A DNA stretch of 64,000 bases from Selaginella moellendorffii. Taxonomy: Eukaryota; Plantae; Lycopodiophyta. Each line of letters starts with the position of its first letter. Positions within the stretch are counted from its first letter, which is position 1. The notes under the pieces were generated by a model, which saw nothing but the letters and a program-made list of their open reading frames with translations, made no database searches and was not told where the DNA came from. A program made the translations under genes and the position numbers. Below, one piece after another: positions 43,567 to 56,365 of this stretch. The stretch covers positions 664,693 to 728,692 of the forward strand of contig NW_003314284.1 in the NCBI RefSeq assembly GCF_000143415.4, in the 5' to 3' direction.

Positions 43567-44975
43567 TGTAAGTGACTAATTTTTCCATTCTACTTTAGTC
43601 ACTTAACTACACTTTCGACCACTTGGAGGAGTCTCATTCATTACCTCCATAAGTCCAATTCAAGACTTGGGGCTTATTAGCCCCGAGAATGGCATCCATG
43701 CCATTTAACTTTTGCACTTGGTCCAAGTGCTCCACGTGTTTGATCTTATGACCGACCCCCCAAGGTACCCCTGACATATCAGCCTGTTACACTAAGGCCA
43801 TGCACATTCACCTTGGTCACACCAGTGGTCCAACACCACCTGTATCACAGTCCAGTCTCTCAAAGACTGGGCCATCTATCCATGAGTGATCATCCTACAT
43901 CCACGCCTTAGCATCCTTAGGATGCCTACAAACATGGGGAATAGCCTTCCCCAATATCCTTTTTACAGTCCCCACCAAATCCCTTTCTGTCCATGGCCAT
44001 GTTCGCCAACATTGCCACTAGATCAAGGCCCACAGGCCCAACCACTAAGTCCCCTTGCTCTCTAGGACTTCTTCACCATGTGATTGCATCCTTGGTCACT
44101 ACAGCAGAGGATTGTTCCTCTTCCTTTCCACCATCTGGGACTCTAGGATAACATTTCAGAACATTGTGGCCCCATGCGGGCCTCCTGGGTACTCTCCCCA
44201 CCTTTCACCTTTGGGTGCTCTAGCCATGGGGCTAGAGTGAGGTTCCATTGAGCCACACTAGATGTCCAAGTAGGTAATGCCACCCACATTTGGATTGGGA
44301 GCATCGACCATTTTATCTCCCAGGGGAACTAGAGTCGGCTCTTGGACACTTCATCAAGCTACCTTGGTTGTCAGTCTGTATTCACTCTAATCTTGGACTT
44401 CACAGTAGTTATCTCATCACCCAATAGTTGGGTATGGCCTTCCTAGGACAAACTGGCCTTTCCTGGCCAAACTGGCCTTTCCTGGCCAAACTGGCTCCAC
44501 TGGGGTCCAGCCCCCACACTCTCTCTACTATACTTTTGGAATACCTCGCCTGAGGGATGATCACTTTGGGCTTTCACCCAACAACTCGTATTAGTATTCA
44601 GAATCCATCTTGAACTCTAGCTGGGGTCCATCTCAGGCTCAATCTCAAATCCATCTTGGACTCTATCTCAGGTCCATCTCAGGTCCATCTCGAACTCCAT
44701 CTCAGACTCCATTTCAGACTCCATTTTGGGTCTATCTCGGACTCCTTCCATGTGTCATGTGTTGGTCCTTTTGTGTCCCTATTTTAGAGACTCACTTATT
44801 GCTTTCTTCGTGCTCGTTCCTCGAGCCTTTTGTTGGGAGTTCCACACCCGCTCTCGACTTTTCGAGTTGGAGCTTTTAGTTCATATGTGTTACACTCATT
44901 TGGCTTCTGCCTCAGCCACTACCACATGGCACCTTTTCGGCTCTTCTTTGGGGCCTAAGGATTTTATATTTCACA
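43567..44975 (-). mobile_element. Solo LTR-A inserted into the interior of its own family
   Basis: TGTAAG...TCACA; TSD GCACC / ACACC. The flanks rejoin as in 60140-60165. Confidence 0.85.
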
Positions 44976-45371
44976 ACACCAAGGACGTGGTGAATGAGAT
45001 GGGGACACCCAGTCTCAATTGCTATAGACCCTTGGCGGAAAGGGCTAACTTGGGCACACCACCAAGTGTGGGAAATGCCCCTGGGGTCATGGTTAACAAG
45101 TTAAAGGTTTGGAAGATCTATTGCCTATTGGCAAACCTATTAATATGTCAAGGTTAGATCACTAAGTGGTCTTATGGCTAAAAACAAGGATAAGATCCTT
45201 GTAAAGTTAAGGAATAAAGTTCCTAGTTTAAAGTGTTGATTTGAATTATTAGTAATGGTGTAATTTGGTTGAAGTGACAAAGTGGGAAAGACATCTAAGG
45301 GAAATGAATTGTGACAATGCAGTGGTATTGTGAGTCTAAGACAGGGACTCATGAATGGGTTGCTAGGTTGA

Positions 45372-46418
45372 CGTAGACAACTAAATTTTCCATTCTACTT
45401 TAGTCATTTAACCACACTTCCGACCACTTAGAGGGGTTTCACTTATAACCTACATAAGTTCTATTTTGGACTTGGGGCTTGCTAGCCCCAAAAATGGCAT
45501 CCATGCCACTCAACCTTTGCATTTGGTCCTAGTGCTCCACGTCTTCGATCCCATGACTGACACCCAAATGTATCACCAACATATCAGTTCGTTACACTAA
45601 AGCCATGCACATTCACCTTTGTCATACTGGTGATCCAACACCACCTACATCACAGTCCCATCTCTCAAAGACTGGGCCATCCGTTCATGAGTGATCATCC
45701 TAGATCCATTCCTTAGGATGCCCGCAGACATGGGGAACAGCCTTCCCCAATATCCCTTTTTCGTTCCCCACTAAGTCCCTTTCTGTCCATGGCCATATTT
45801 GCAACACTACCACTTGATCAAGGCCCACAGGCCTGACCACCAAGTCCCATTGTCCTCTGGGACTTCCTCATCATATGACTATATCCTTAATCACTACACC
45901 AGAGGATTGCTCCTCTTCCTTTCCACAGTCCGGAACTTTGGGATAGCATTTCAGAACACCATGGCCTTACGTGGGCCTCATAGGTACTCTCCCCACCTTC
46001 CGCTTTTGGGTGCTATAGCCATAGGGCTAGAGTGAGGTTCTGTTGAGCCATGTTAGGTATCCAAGTAGGTAGTGCCACCTATGCTTAGACTGGGAGCATC
46101 GACCATTCAATCTCCTGGGGGAATTAGAGTTGGCTCTTGAACACTTCACCAAGTTACCCCGCTTGTCTGGCCGAATTTACTCTATCTTTGGGCTCCTCAA
46201 TGGATATATCATCACCCAACACATGAGCATAACCTTCCTTCCTAAGTCATACTGGCATTTCCTGGCCAAATTAGCTCCACTGGGGTCCAACCCCCACACT
46301 CTCCCTACAATACTTTTGGAACCCCGTGCAGCCCCCCTGCCCCCCGAAGGACAATTACTTTGGGCTTTCACCCAAAAGCCTGTATTAGTATTTGGACTTA
46401 GACTCGGACTTGGACTCA

Positions 46419-46452
<34 letters not shown>

Positions 46453-48612
46453 TGGTCTTGGTCTCAGTCTCAGTCTCTGTCTTAGTCTCGGTCTCAGTTC
46501 CATCTCAGGCTCCATTTTAGGCCTATCTCGAACTCCATCTCAGACTCCATCTTGGGTCCAGCTTGAACTCTATCTCAGGTCCATTTCAGACTCCATCTCG
46601 GACTCCATCTCGGGTCCATCTTAGACTCCATCTTAGACTCCATCTCGAGTCCATCTCGGACTCCATCTTGGGTCCATTTTAGACTCCATCTTGGACTCTA
46701 TCTCGGGTCCATCTTGGACTCCATCTTGTGTCTATCTTAGACTCCATCTTGGGTTCATCTCGGACTCCATCTCGATACTTTCACGTGTCATGTGTTAGTC
46801 CTTTTGTGTCCCTTTTCTAGAAACTCACTTATTGCTTGCTTCATGTTCGTTCCTTGAGCACTTCATTGAGAGTTCCACTCCCACTCTCGACTTTTCAAGT
46901 CGGAGCTTTTAGTCCAAACATGTTACATGCATTTGGCTTTTGCTTCAGCCACTACCATGTGGCACCATTTTGACTCCACTTTAGGGCTTAGGGATTTGTG
47001 TCTCACAAATCCAAGATAAAATTCGATGTCCTCATCGAACGATAAACCATTTTATAAAGTAACACCAATATGTATTACCTTTTCCATGCTTGGCACCCAG
47101 CCATTATTCGTTAATGGTTTGACACTAAAGGCTTACCATACCTTATCTATCCTCTAAAGAGCATAGTCACTCTAACTTAGAGACTCATTAGACCACTTAT
47201 GATGGTCCTTCTCATTTTATTTGTTTAGTTCATGCTACATATGTTAAAGACACCGTCTCTATTTCAATTTGACTACTCATTCAGGAGTAACCTCAACCTT
47301 TATTAGTATAACAATTGCACTTTGGAAATTTTAATTTTGACTTCTCAAAGTCAATTTCCTAGGTATCTCTGACATCTTACATTGCACATGTTGTGCAAAA
47401 TCCACTTCTCTATTCTAGAAAGTTCTTTACTTGAGGGCACCATCATCCTCTCACCTATTTCGTGCCACTCTAAGCACTAAGTTCCATTTTCTATAATTTG
47501 TGCTAGGTCTATCTATGGCTTTATCATTTGGCTACTTTGCCACTCCCTCCTTTGGAGTTTTCACCTTTGCCAAATTGAAACATTTGGGAATCTATCCTTG
47601 AAAATATATTCTCTTTCCCACAATCCATTAGCATCCCATATATAAGTGTTCCTTGCTGAACTTTGTTAGTTGGATTTTTATAGCCTAAACTTGGCCACTA
47701 ATCTTTTGCTCCTATCCATTGATTGTTGCATCAAGCAACATAGGATCACTACCTCCATCCTTGAAGTATCCTGTTAGTTCCATGGCAAAGGCTTTGCTTT
47801 GCCAAGTCTAAAGGGTGTTCACCCCCAATAGGTCTTCTTAACATTTTCTACTATGGGTTCTATGCACAACCCAACCTAGCAACCCACCCATGAATCCCTT
47901 TCCTAGAGTTGCAATACCATTGCATTGTTGCAGTTTATTTCCCTTATGTGTCTTTTCCACTTGATCACTTCGATCAAATTACACCATAACCAATAATTCA
48001 AATCAACACTTTAAACTAAGAACTTTATTCCTTAACCTCATAAGGACATTGTCCTTGTTTTAAGCCATAAGATTAGCTTTGACATATTAATAACTTTGCC
48101 AATATGTACTAAGTCTTCCAAACCTTTAACTTGTTGACCATGACCCCGGGGGTATCTCCCACACTTAATAGTGTGCCCAAGTTAGCCCTTCCAGCCAAGG
48201 GTGCATAGCAACTAAGACTGGGTGTCCCCATCTCATTCACCACGTCTTTGGTACCACTTGCACCAAAGTGTTCAAGTTAGATATGCTGAGTTTTCACACT
48301 AAGCAATTTAATCATGTATTACAACTTTGGGGCATCCCCCACTTAGCGGTGTGCCTAAGTTAGTCTCCTCACTGAGAGTCTATGACCACCAAAAAATGAA
48401 TATCCTTATATTCCAAACTATCACCATACCCTATGGGACTTGAATCCAAGCATGAGAGGGTTGGGACTCGAACCCAACCTTCATATATGCATCTATAGAT
48501 AATATCACTTTAGATGCCTAGCATGCTCTTCATGCCGGTGCACCAACTTATACCCAAAGTGCACTACAAATCACAGCTTAAGAACTTAGTTCATTTAAAC
48601 TTTCAAGTCCTT
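45372..48612 (-). mobile_element. LTR-A 3' LTR (45372-47007) plus 3' internal region
   Basis: The LTR is followed by the reverse complement of ~61495-59785. Confidence 0.8.
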
Positions 48613-49238
48613 TATAAGTCATAAACTTCTCCTTTCCAATTTGCCAGCTTACTTCGTCTATCCGACCAACACTGCCTTGGCTTTAGCTAAGTTCCCTCGC
48701 CAAGGTTCTCGCCTATTATACCAGATCCTACTTGGTTCTACTTGGTCCTACTTGGGTTTAGCTACTCACTACACGAGCAACAAAGTGTTACCCATCCATC
48801 CACGGATTCCCAAATCTCTCATAATCCCTCCCTCCCTAGGTTAGACTGGACTTAAGGTTCAGCTACACTCCCCGCAGACATAAACAGCCAAGCACATCAA
48901 GCCTCTAGGTTCCTAACATCCCTTGGTACAACAAAACTTGATCATGGGACCCTCTAAATCCCAAGCCTTGGGTGTATCACTTGTTTCGGGACGCCGGAGT
49001 GAAACACCGTGGCCTAACGGCGAGGACCAATGAGCCGCAAGGTACTCAAGTGGGGCACCACTCCACATGAGTTGGGAGCACCACAATCGGTTTCCCTTTT
49101 GGGAGTGGGAGTTGCTCTTGAGCACTTCCTTGGGTGGCCCCTCCAACACCACCTGAGTCCATGCTCACTCCCACCCAAAGCCCCTCAGCCCCACCAGCAG
49201 CTACTCCAGTGGCTACTTCAGCAGCTACTCCGACAGTT
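48613..49238 (-). mobile_element. LTR-B fragment
   Basis: Reverse complement of 28040-28665 and of 1-406. Confidence 0.8.
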
Positions 49239-51337
49239 TGTGAGACACAAAATCCCTAGGCCCCAAAGTGGAGCCGAAAGGGCGCCATGTGGTAGTGGCC
49301 GAAGCGAAAGCCAAACGAGTGTAACACGTTTGGACTAAAAGTTCCGACTTGAAAAGGTTGAGAGTGGGAGTGGAACTCCCAATGAAGTGCTCGAGGAACA
49401 AGCATGAAGTCAAAGATAAGTGAGTCTCTAGAAAAGGGATATAAGAGGACCGACACATGACACGTGGAAGTGTCCGAGATGGATCCGAGATGAATTTGAG
49501 ATGGAGTCTGGGATGGAGTCTGAGATGGAATCCAAGATGGACCTGAGACGGAGTCCGAGATGGAGTCCGAGATGGATCGAGATGGAGTCCGAGATGGACC
49601 CGAGGTGGAGTCTGAGATGGAGTCCGAGTTGGACCGAGATGGAGTCCGAGATGGACCCGAGATGGAATCCGAGATGGAGTCCGAGAAGGACCCAAGATGG
49701 AGTCCGATGTCGAGACCAAGACCGAGACCGGGACTGAGACCGAGACTGGGACCGAGATCGAGACCAAGACCGGGACCGAGATTGAGACCGGGACCGAGGC
49801 TGAGACCGAGTCCGAGTCTGAGTCCGAGTCCGAGTCCGAGGTTGAGTCTGAGAGGGTGAAAGCCCAAAGCGTTCGTCTCCCAGACCCTGGGGGGTTTGGT
49901 GAGCTCCAAAAGTATAGTGAGGGGGAGGACTGTAGTGGAGCCAATTTGGCCCAAAAAGGCTATATCTAGTGTTGGGTGATGAGCTGCCCACTAGGAAGTC
50001 CAAGACTAGAGTGAACACGGACTAACAAATAGGGTAACTTGGTGAAGTGTTCAAGAGCCGGCTCTAGTTCCCCCGAGAGTTCGACTGGCCGATACTCCCA
50101 ATCCAAGTGTGGGTGGCACTACCTACTTGGATACCTGGTGTGGCTCAATAGAACCTCGCTCTAAGCCCATGGCTAGAGCACCCAAAGGCAGAAGGCGGGG
50201 AGAGTACCCATGAGGCCCACGTAGGGCCACGGTGTTCCGAAATTGTGTCCCAAAGTCCCAGATTGTGGAAAGGAAGAGGAGTAGCCCTCTGGTGTAGTGA
50301 CCAAGGACACAGTCACACGGTGAGGAAGTCCTAGAGGATAGTGGGACTTAGTGGTCTGGCCGGTGGGCCTTGATCCAGTGGTGGTGTTGGCGAACACAAC
50401 CAAGGACAGAAAGGGACTTGGTGGGGGCCGGAAAGGAGACATTGAGGAAGGCTATTCCCCATGTCTGCAGGTATCCTAAGGATGCTATAGAGTGGATCTG
50501 GGATAACCACTCATGGATGGATGGCCTAGTCTTTGAGAGACGGGATTGTAATGCAGGTGGTGTTGGACCACCGATGTGACCAAGGTGAATGGGCATGGCC
50601 TAGCGTAATGGGCTAGTATGTCAGTGGTGTCAGTCATGGGATCGGACACATGGAGCACTTGGACCAAGTGCAAAGGTTAAGTGGCATGGATGCCATTCTC
50701 GGGGCTAGCAAGCCCTAAGTTCTGAATGGGACTTATGGAGGTTGTGAATGAGACTCCTCCAAGTGGTCAAAGGTGCAGTTAAGTGACTAAAGTAGAATGG
50801 AAAAATTAGTTGCTTACAACTTGGTATCGGAGTTGTTCCTTAGTCCGACTCTTATTGGTGGCCAAGTATATCACCACTTGTATTGGAATAGGAAGGTCCT
50901 ACATATAGACCTATCCTCGAGGAGTAGCATGGCAAGAGGACATGGCTCCCCACTCAAGTTCATGTGTGAACTTGTGCGCAATGTGGTGGATGGAAAAGGG
51001 CCAATAAGGGAATGATTTTGGGATCTTGGGAACAGTATAAGGGTTTCCTCAGAGAGTTGAGGATGTGATCCGAATGCGCATTTGACGCAACAAACGGGCT
51101 AATGTAGTTGTGGTAAACAAATATAGTTGGGATCACGGGAAAGAGGTAGACTCTAAAACAATAAAGGAGTCACAAGATTACCCTTATGTATTTGAGGCTG
51201 GTGCTCATAAGTTTGAGACCGGAATTGATGACTATGGGAAGTCAAATACAGAAGAGGACACAAGTCCTTGAAATGGTAGCCAGGGCTACCTCTAATAAAT
51301 GCTGGAACAACCCAAGGAGTTGGGGGTGTACTTAAAA
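49239..51337 (+). mobile_element. LTR-A 5' LTR (49239-50818), PBS and start of the interior, cut by transposon copy C
   Basis: TGTGAGAC...CTTACA, PBS TGGTATCGGAG at 50822. Confidence 0.88.
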
Positions 51338-51591
51338 GCTCTATTTCGTTAAAGTGGGATTTATTCAGTAAAATGGGACTAGGTACAAATTTTCAAGTAT
51401 TTGAAAATGACGTGAAATTATATGTTTTTTGTCCAGGGGCTAGACATATCTGGGGCATGGTGACTAGCGCGGTGACTTTGTGTCCAGACTGAGTCCATCT
51501 GGTTGTATAATAAATCTCATTGTCAAGGTGAACAAGCCGAATCTGAAGCTAAAGAAGAGCAATGGCATGCGCGCACACACTATTTGTTTGT

Positions 51592-53190
51592 TCATTGAGC
51601 GTGTGGTGAGCTTTCCAAGATGAACGTCATTCCTAACCCTACAATCTGACAGCCAACATATTCACTGGGATGGCATGGGGCCCCACACGATACTGCAAGC
51701 CTTTGCTCCTCCTCCAACTGAACCCTGTATGGGGTTCGATCGACAAGGGCTTTATGCAAGGGTTGGCCGTTCAGCTCAGTCTGCGCACTTTGCAGAGACC
51801 TTAAGTGTTTTGCTAGGGATGCAATCATCATGTTTGCACCCCCGCCACCCCATAGAGGTACAAAGAAGTTCCCATAGTTCTGGGCACCATGCCCATGAGC
51901 GATTATGCCAAACAGAGACGCAGGCAGCTGCATGGATGAAGAGATTGCCTTGGGGGCAGGATTGAGTCGAGGTAAGCACGTCTTTTTCTGGTCCATTTTG
52001 TCGTGGATGATGCAGAGGTAAGAGTCAGGTCTCTCCATGGAGAGAATCCTGTTATGATAATATGCAGTCCTGCAGCTTCTCTGCTTGATGTTGTGGTCGA
52101 GCCCCCTTCTAACCAACATCTCTCGCTCTTGAGCGATGCAAGAATTCTTCGACAAAGCCATTTTGATAGCAGTGCACTCGTCACACTTTGAAAAGCTGGA
52201 GTACTTTCCTATACTCACATCCCTGAACCTGTTGCTCCACAATCTACTAAATTTAGATTGGCTCAGCTTCCTATAGCCATTACTCTGGAGTTCCCGATTC
52301 ACATCTTCCAATATGGCCCCCTTGGTATACATGGAAGGGAGAACTCGTTGGGTGTCTCGTGTTCCATCTTCCAAGAGGCGGGTTTTATGTGGTTGCTGCT
52401 CGCTACATGTCTCGACAAACCTCTTGAAGATTGCCTCTCCATATACAACATAACCCCTGGTTTTGTGCGTACCATCGTTCCCATGAATTGCCTGTTGAAC
52501 CCTTTGTTCCTCGAACTCAGTTTTGATTCTGTAGAATGTGGTTCGAGGGACTCCATAAATGATTCTCCATGCCTTCATGCAGACCAAACCCCTCTGGAAG
52601 ACCATGCCCCCCACCTGATGTTCTGAAGCATCAACAGATGACCATAATGCTTCATACACAAAATTGCGAGCTGCCTTCCAGGACAATGTCTTGTATCTTG
52701 CTCTCTCCTCTTCAATAGCATCCCAATCAGTATGTTGACAACACCTCCTCTTGCAACAAGCAACTGTCGAGACCATTTGAACCTCCATCGCCATTTTCTG
52801 CCTTTTCGGTTCGTTGCTCAGATCCCTTTGGCTGCGCTTTAGGAAGGTGTACTTTCTTTTCCCATGAAGAGATGTTCTGTCATCAGTTGTAGTGGTGTTT
52901 GATTGTGAATCCTTCACATTCTCAAACACTAAGTGCCTCAATTTCCACCGCACAATGCTTCCAATAGTCAGACTGTTTTCTTCTATGTCAACAACCTCTA
53001 AAATCGCAACTCCAATATCATCCCAGCCCAATTCTTGATTAGCAACCGCATCTCTTGGATCGACAACTGTGGCTAAGCCCTCAGCTACCACCTCCCCCTC
53101 GGGGTTGTTTAGAAACACCTTTGCCTGAATCCATGTAGCACGGTTCTTAAGATCCACGGAGGGAATATGCGTCGCACTTGCGGAGGCCAT
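51592..53190 (-). pseudogene. Truncated transposase ORF (532 aa) of copy C
   Basis: Same structure as 3775-5373 with about a dozen amino-acid differences. Confidence 0.8.
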
Positions 53191-55841
53191 TCTGAAAGTG
53201 CAAAAAAGAAGTTAAGACCATACAAAAAATGATTGGAGAATGGCCTAAATCATAACATACCAAACAACCTCAATAGCATGAGGCCACATGCTATTATTCA
53301 AACATGCTATTGACACCCACGTGAAATTTCGCATTCACAAAATTGGCATGAGCCCTCATGCCATCTTGATATACACACAGCTGCAGGCAAGTAAAAATAT
53401 ACATGACAATACGCTAGCTATGAAATTGCAAGGGCCCAAGATGGCATGTGGCCTCATGCCATTTCTAAATGTGGTCCTAAGCCATTCCATGGTGAACATA
53501 CTAGGAAGCACAAGTGCCGAATATCAAGAGGAAGCGGTAGCCACACCAAAGACAGTGCCGCTCGCAACACCGCAACTACTCGTAGCGCCGCTCGCAACAC
53601 CGCAACTACTCGTAGCGCCGCTCGCAACACCGCAACTGCTCGTAGTGCCGCTCGCACAAACTGCCACTCGCATAAACTGCCGCTCGCAATGGTGCTCGCA
53701 ATGCCGCAACCGCTCGTAGACGCATAAACCACAGCTCACAACGCCGCTTACACAAGCAGCGCTCACTGCGCTCAGCGGAACCAAGAACACGGCGCACAAA
53801 AATGATAGACGTAGGAATGAGTTCGAGAATTCAAAAATAACACACGCTTGAACGTCACATCAAATCCTCTGACAAACCAGATCTTATGATTCCTTTGACA
53901 AATTTCAAACTGAGTAGCTTCTAGACTTTGCTGTCAGACGTTGAACTTTGTCATATCATGTCCTTGCCTCGATCCAGCTGTGCCATGTCAGTGATTCGAA
54001 CTTTGCCATGCCATGTCAGCGATCCGTGCCAAGATTATTCGCCGTGTAAAGGAATAATTATGTTGTGTGTGTACGTCCATTTATGGCAATATAAGGCCAC
54101 ACGCCATTCAAAGAATAATGCTAGTCGAGCATTTTTTGGTGCATTTTTGAGTTCAAAATTGCATGAGCCCACATAAAGTTTACCTAGTAAAGACATATAA
54201 GATAGCTTTTTATTCTCTAGTACCAAAAATAGAAATAGCTTTATTTACTTGGGAATTTAAGTGGTTGAGGCATTTTTAAACTTACAAACACATGCCCTAC
54301 TTACATTCCTTTGGTTGCTTAAAATTCAAAAATATTATAAACCTTTTTCCTTTTGCATTTTCAATGTTTTCAATTATGGTTTTTGATTTTCGCAGGACCA
54401 GCCTAGTAATTTATTTGCATCCCGTCATGTTTATAGCTAGCTTTCGTTTGTCCCCTTCGCTAGCCTGAGATACATCTGCTCGGCATCTGCCTCTTACAGC
54501 ATTTGCTCAGAAAGGGCATCTTTCTTCACGCAGCATTTGCCACATGTTTAGGGTTTAGGGTTTAGCAATTCAGTAGCTTGATAAACATGCAAATACAGAA
54601 CTTGATGCAAAATCCTTTGATATGTCACAATGCCCCTAGGACCATAAACACATTTCAATAGAGAGGGTCCTTTCATTTCATAACTCCTTACGTAGATCTT
54701 GGTGAAACCAGAGTTAGTGAAGTTGGTTTCTTGTGATCCCGCATCTGATTGTGATGTCCCTTTGCAGTGTCGATGGAAAGGTCAATGCACACCAAACTGT
54801 AGAATCTTGGAGCAAAATAACAGTCGGATCTCTGGCAAATGCCCCTGAAACATTGTAAGGCTCGTGTGGTCTCATGTGGTGTCCGATCGAGATGCTTCTT
54901 TGCAGGGTCATCAAGAAGGACATTGTATACCATTCTTTATTTAGCTAAACATCTGGCATTTTTGGAAATACAAGATGCTTTGGAATATCCAATCATGCAT
55001 GGTATAAATATAGCGAGGGTATTAAATGATATCCCAATCATGATCTTTCTTTTGGATTTCGCGTGCATGCAGTCCGATGAATGATGACGTTGCGGATTTC
55101 TTTTGGATTTCACGTGCATGCATGCGCGCGGCGATCCAGAAATTAATGGTGGCGCCCAAGTCCGAGGAATGATGACGTTGCGGGATTAGTGACATTTTGC
55201 GCGTGTGAGGTTAGGTTTTGCATTTTGCTTCGTACTCGCGCTCGCATCGCGCTCCCACTCGCGATCACGCTCACATTCGCGCTCATCTACCTTCTCTACA
55301 GGTTTCTCGTGTGCATCGGCGTCCACTCGCGCTCGCATCGCGCTCGTGTGCATCGGCGTCCACTTCAAGACACACCCAGTTTGTAACTTCGCCGCCAACT
55401 CCGCCGCCCACTCTGCCACCCACACGCAGCCCACTTGGTGTCCCGGAGATTTCAGCGCCACTCTCCAACTGTAAGTGGCAGAGTAGCCTTGCTGCTACGA
55501 TCCGCTGCACACATAGTGCACATTCGCCAGCGAGTCCGGCCTCGATTGTCACGCCTCCATTCGGCTTCAAATGGTAAGTCTTTTAGGCCAAGTAGAAAAT
55601 GGCATGAGGCCACATTGTGAGACACAAAATCCCTAGGCCCCAAAGTGGAGCTGGAAGGGCGCCACATGGTAGTGGCCGAAGCGAGAGCCAAACGAACGTA
55701 ACACGTTTGGACCAAAAGCTCCGACTTGAAAAGTCAAGAGCGGGAGTGGAACTCCCAACGAAGTGCTCGAGGAATGAGCACGAAGCGAGCAAAAGGCGAG
55801 GCTCCAAAAAGGGACCCAAAAGGGCCAACACATGACACGTG

Positions 55842-56365
55842 GGAGTCCGAGATGGACCCGAGTTGGAGTCCGAAGTGGAGTCCGAGATGGACCTGAGTTG
55901 GAGTCCGAAGTGGAGTCCGAGATGGACCCGAGTTGGAGTCCGAAGTGGAGTCCGAGATGGACCCGAGATGGAGTCCGAGAAGGAGTCCGAGATGGACCCG
56001 AGATGGAGTCCGAGATGGATCCCGAGATGGAGTCCGAGGTGGACCCGAGATGGACCCGAAATGGAGTCCGAGATGGAGTCCGAGATGGACCCGAGATGGA
56101 CCCGAGATGGAGTCCGAGATGGACCCGAGATGGACCCGAAATGGAGTCCGAGATGGAGTCCGAGATGGACCCGAGATGGAGTCCGAGATGGAGTCCGAGA
56201 TGGAGTCCGAGATGGAGTCCGAAGTCGAGACCGAGACCGGGACCGAGACCGAGACCGAGATCGGGACCGAGACCGAGACCGAGGCCGAGGCCGAGGCCGA
56301 GACCGAGCCCGAGCCCGAGCCCGAGTCCGAGTCCGAGTCCGAGTCCGAGTCCGAGTCCGAGTCCG
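55842..56365 (+). repeat. LTR-internal composite array: 12-mer GAGATGGAGTCC / 11-mer GAGATGGACCC, then 6-mers GAGACC, GAGGCC, GAGCCC, GAGTCC
   Basis: Directly visible. Present with different lengths in every LTR-A copy (e.g. 61741-62275, 49473-49845, 29350-30000). Confidence 0.95.

Larger units (their letters stand above)
39218..45371 (+). mobile_element. Decayed LTR-A (LARD) element with deletions and nested inserts
   Basis: TGTGAGACAC start. The LTR jumps into the internal region at ~40405. The interior is colinear with 57570-60550. Confidence 0.75.
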
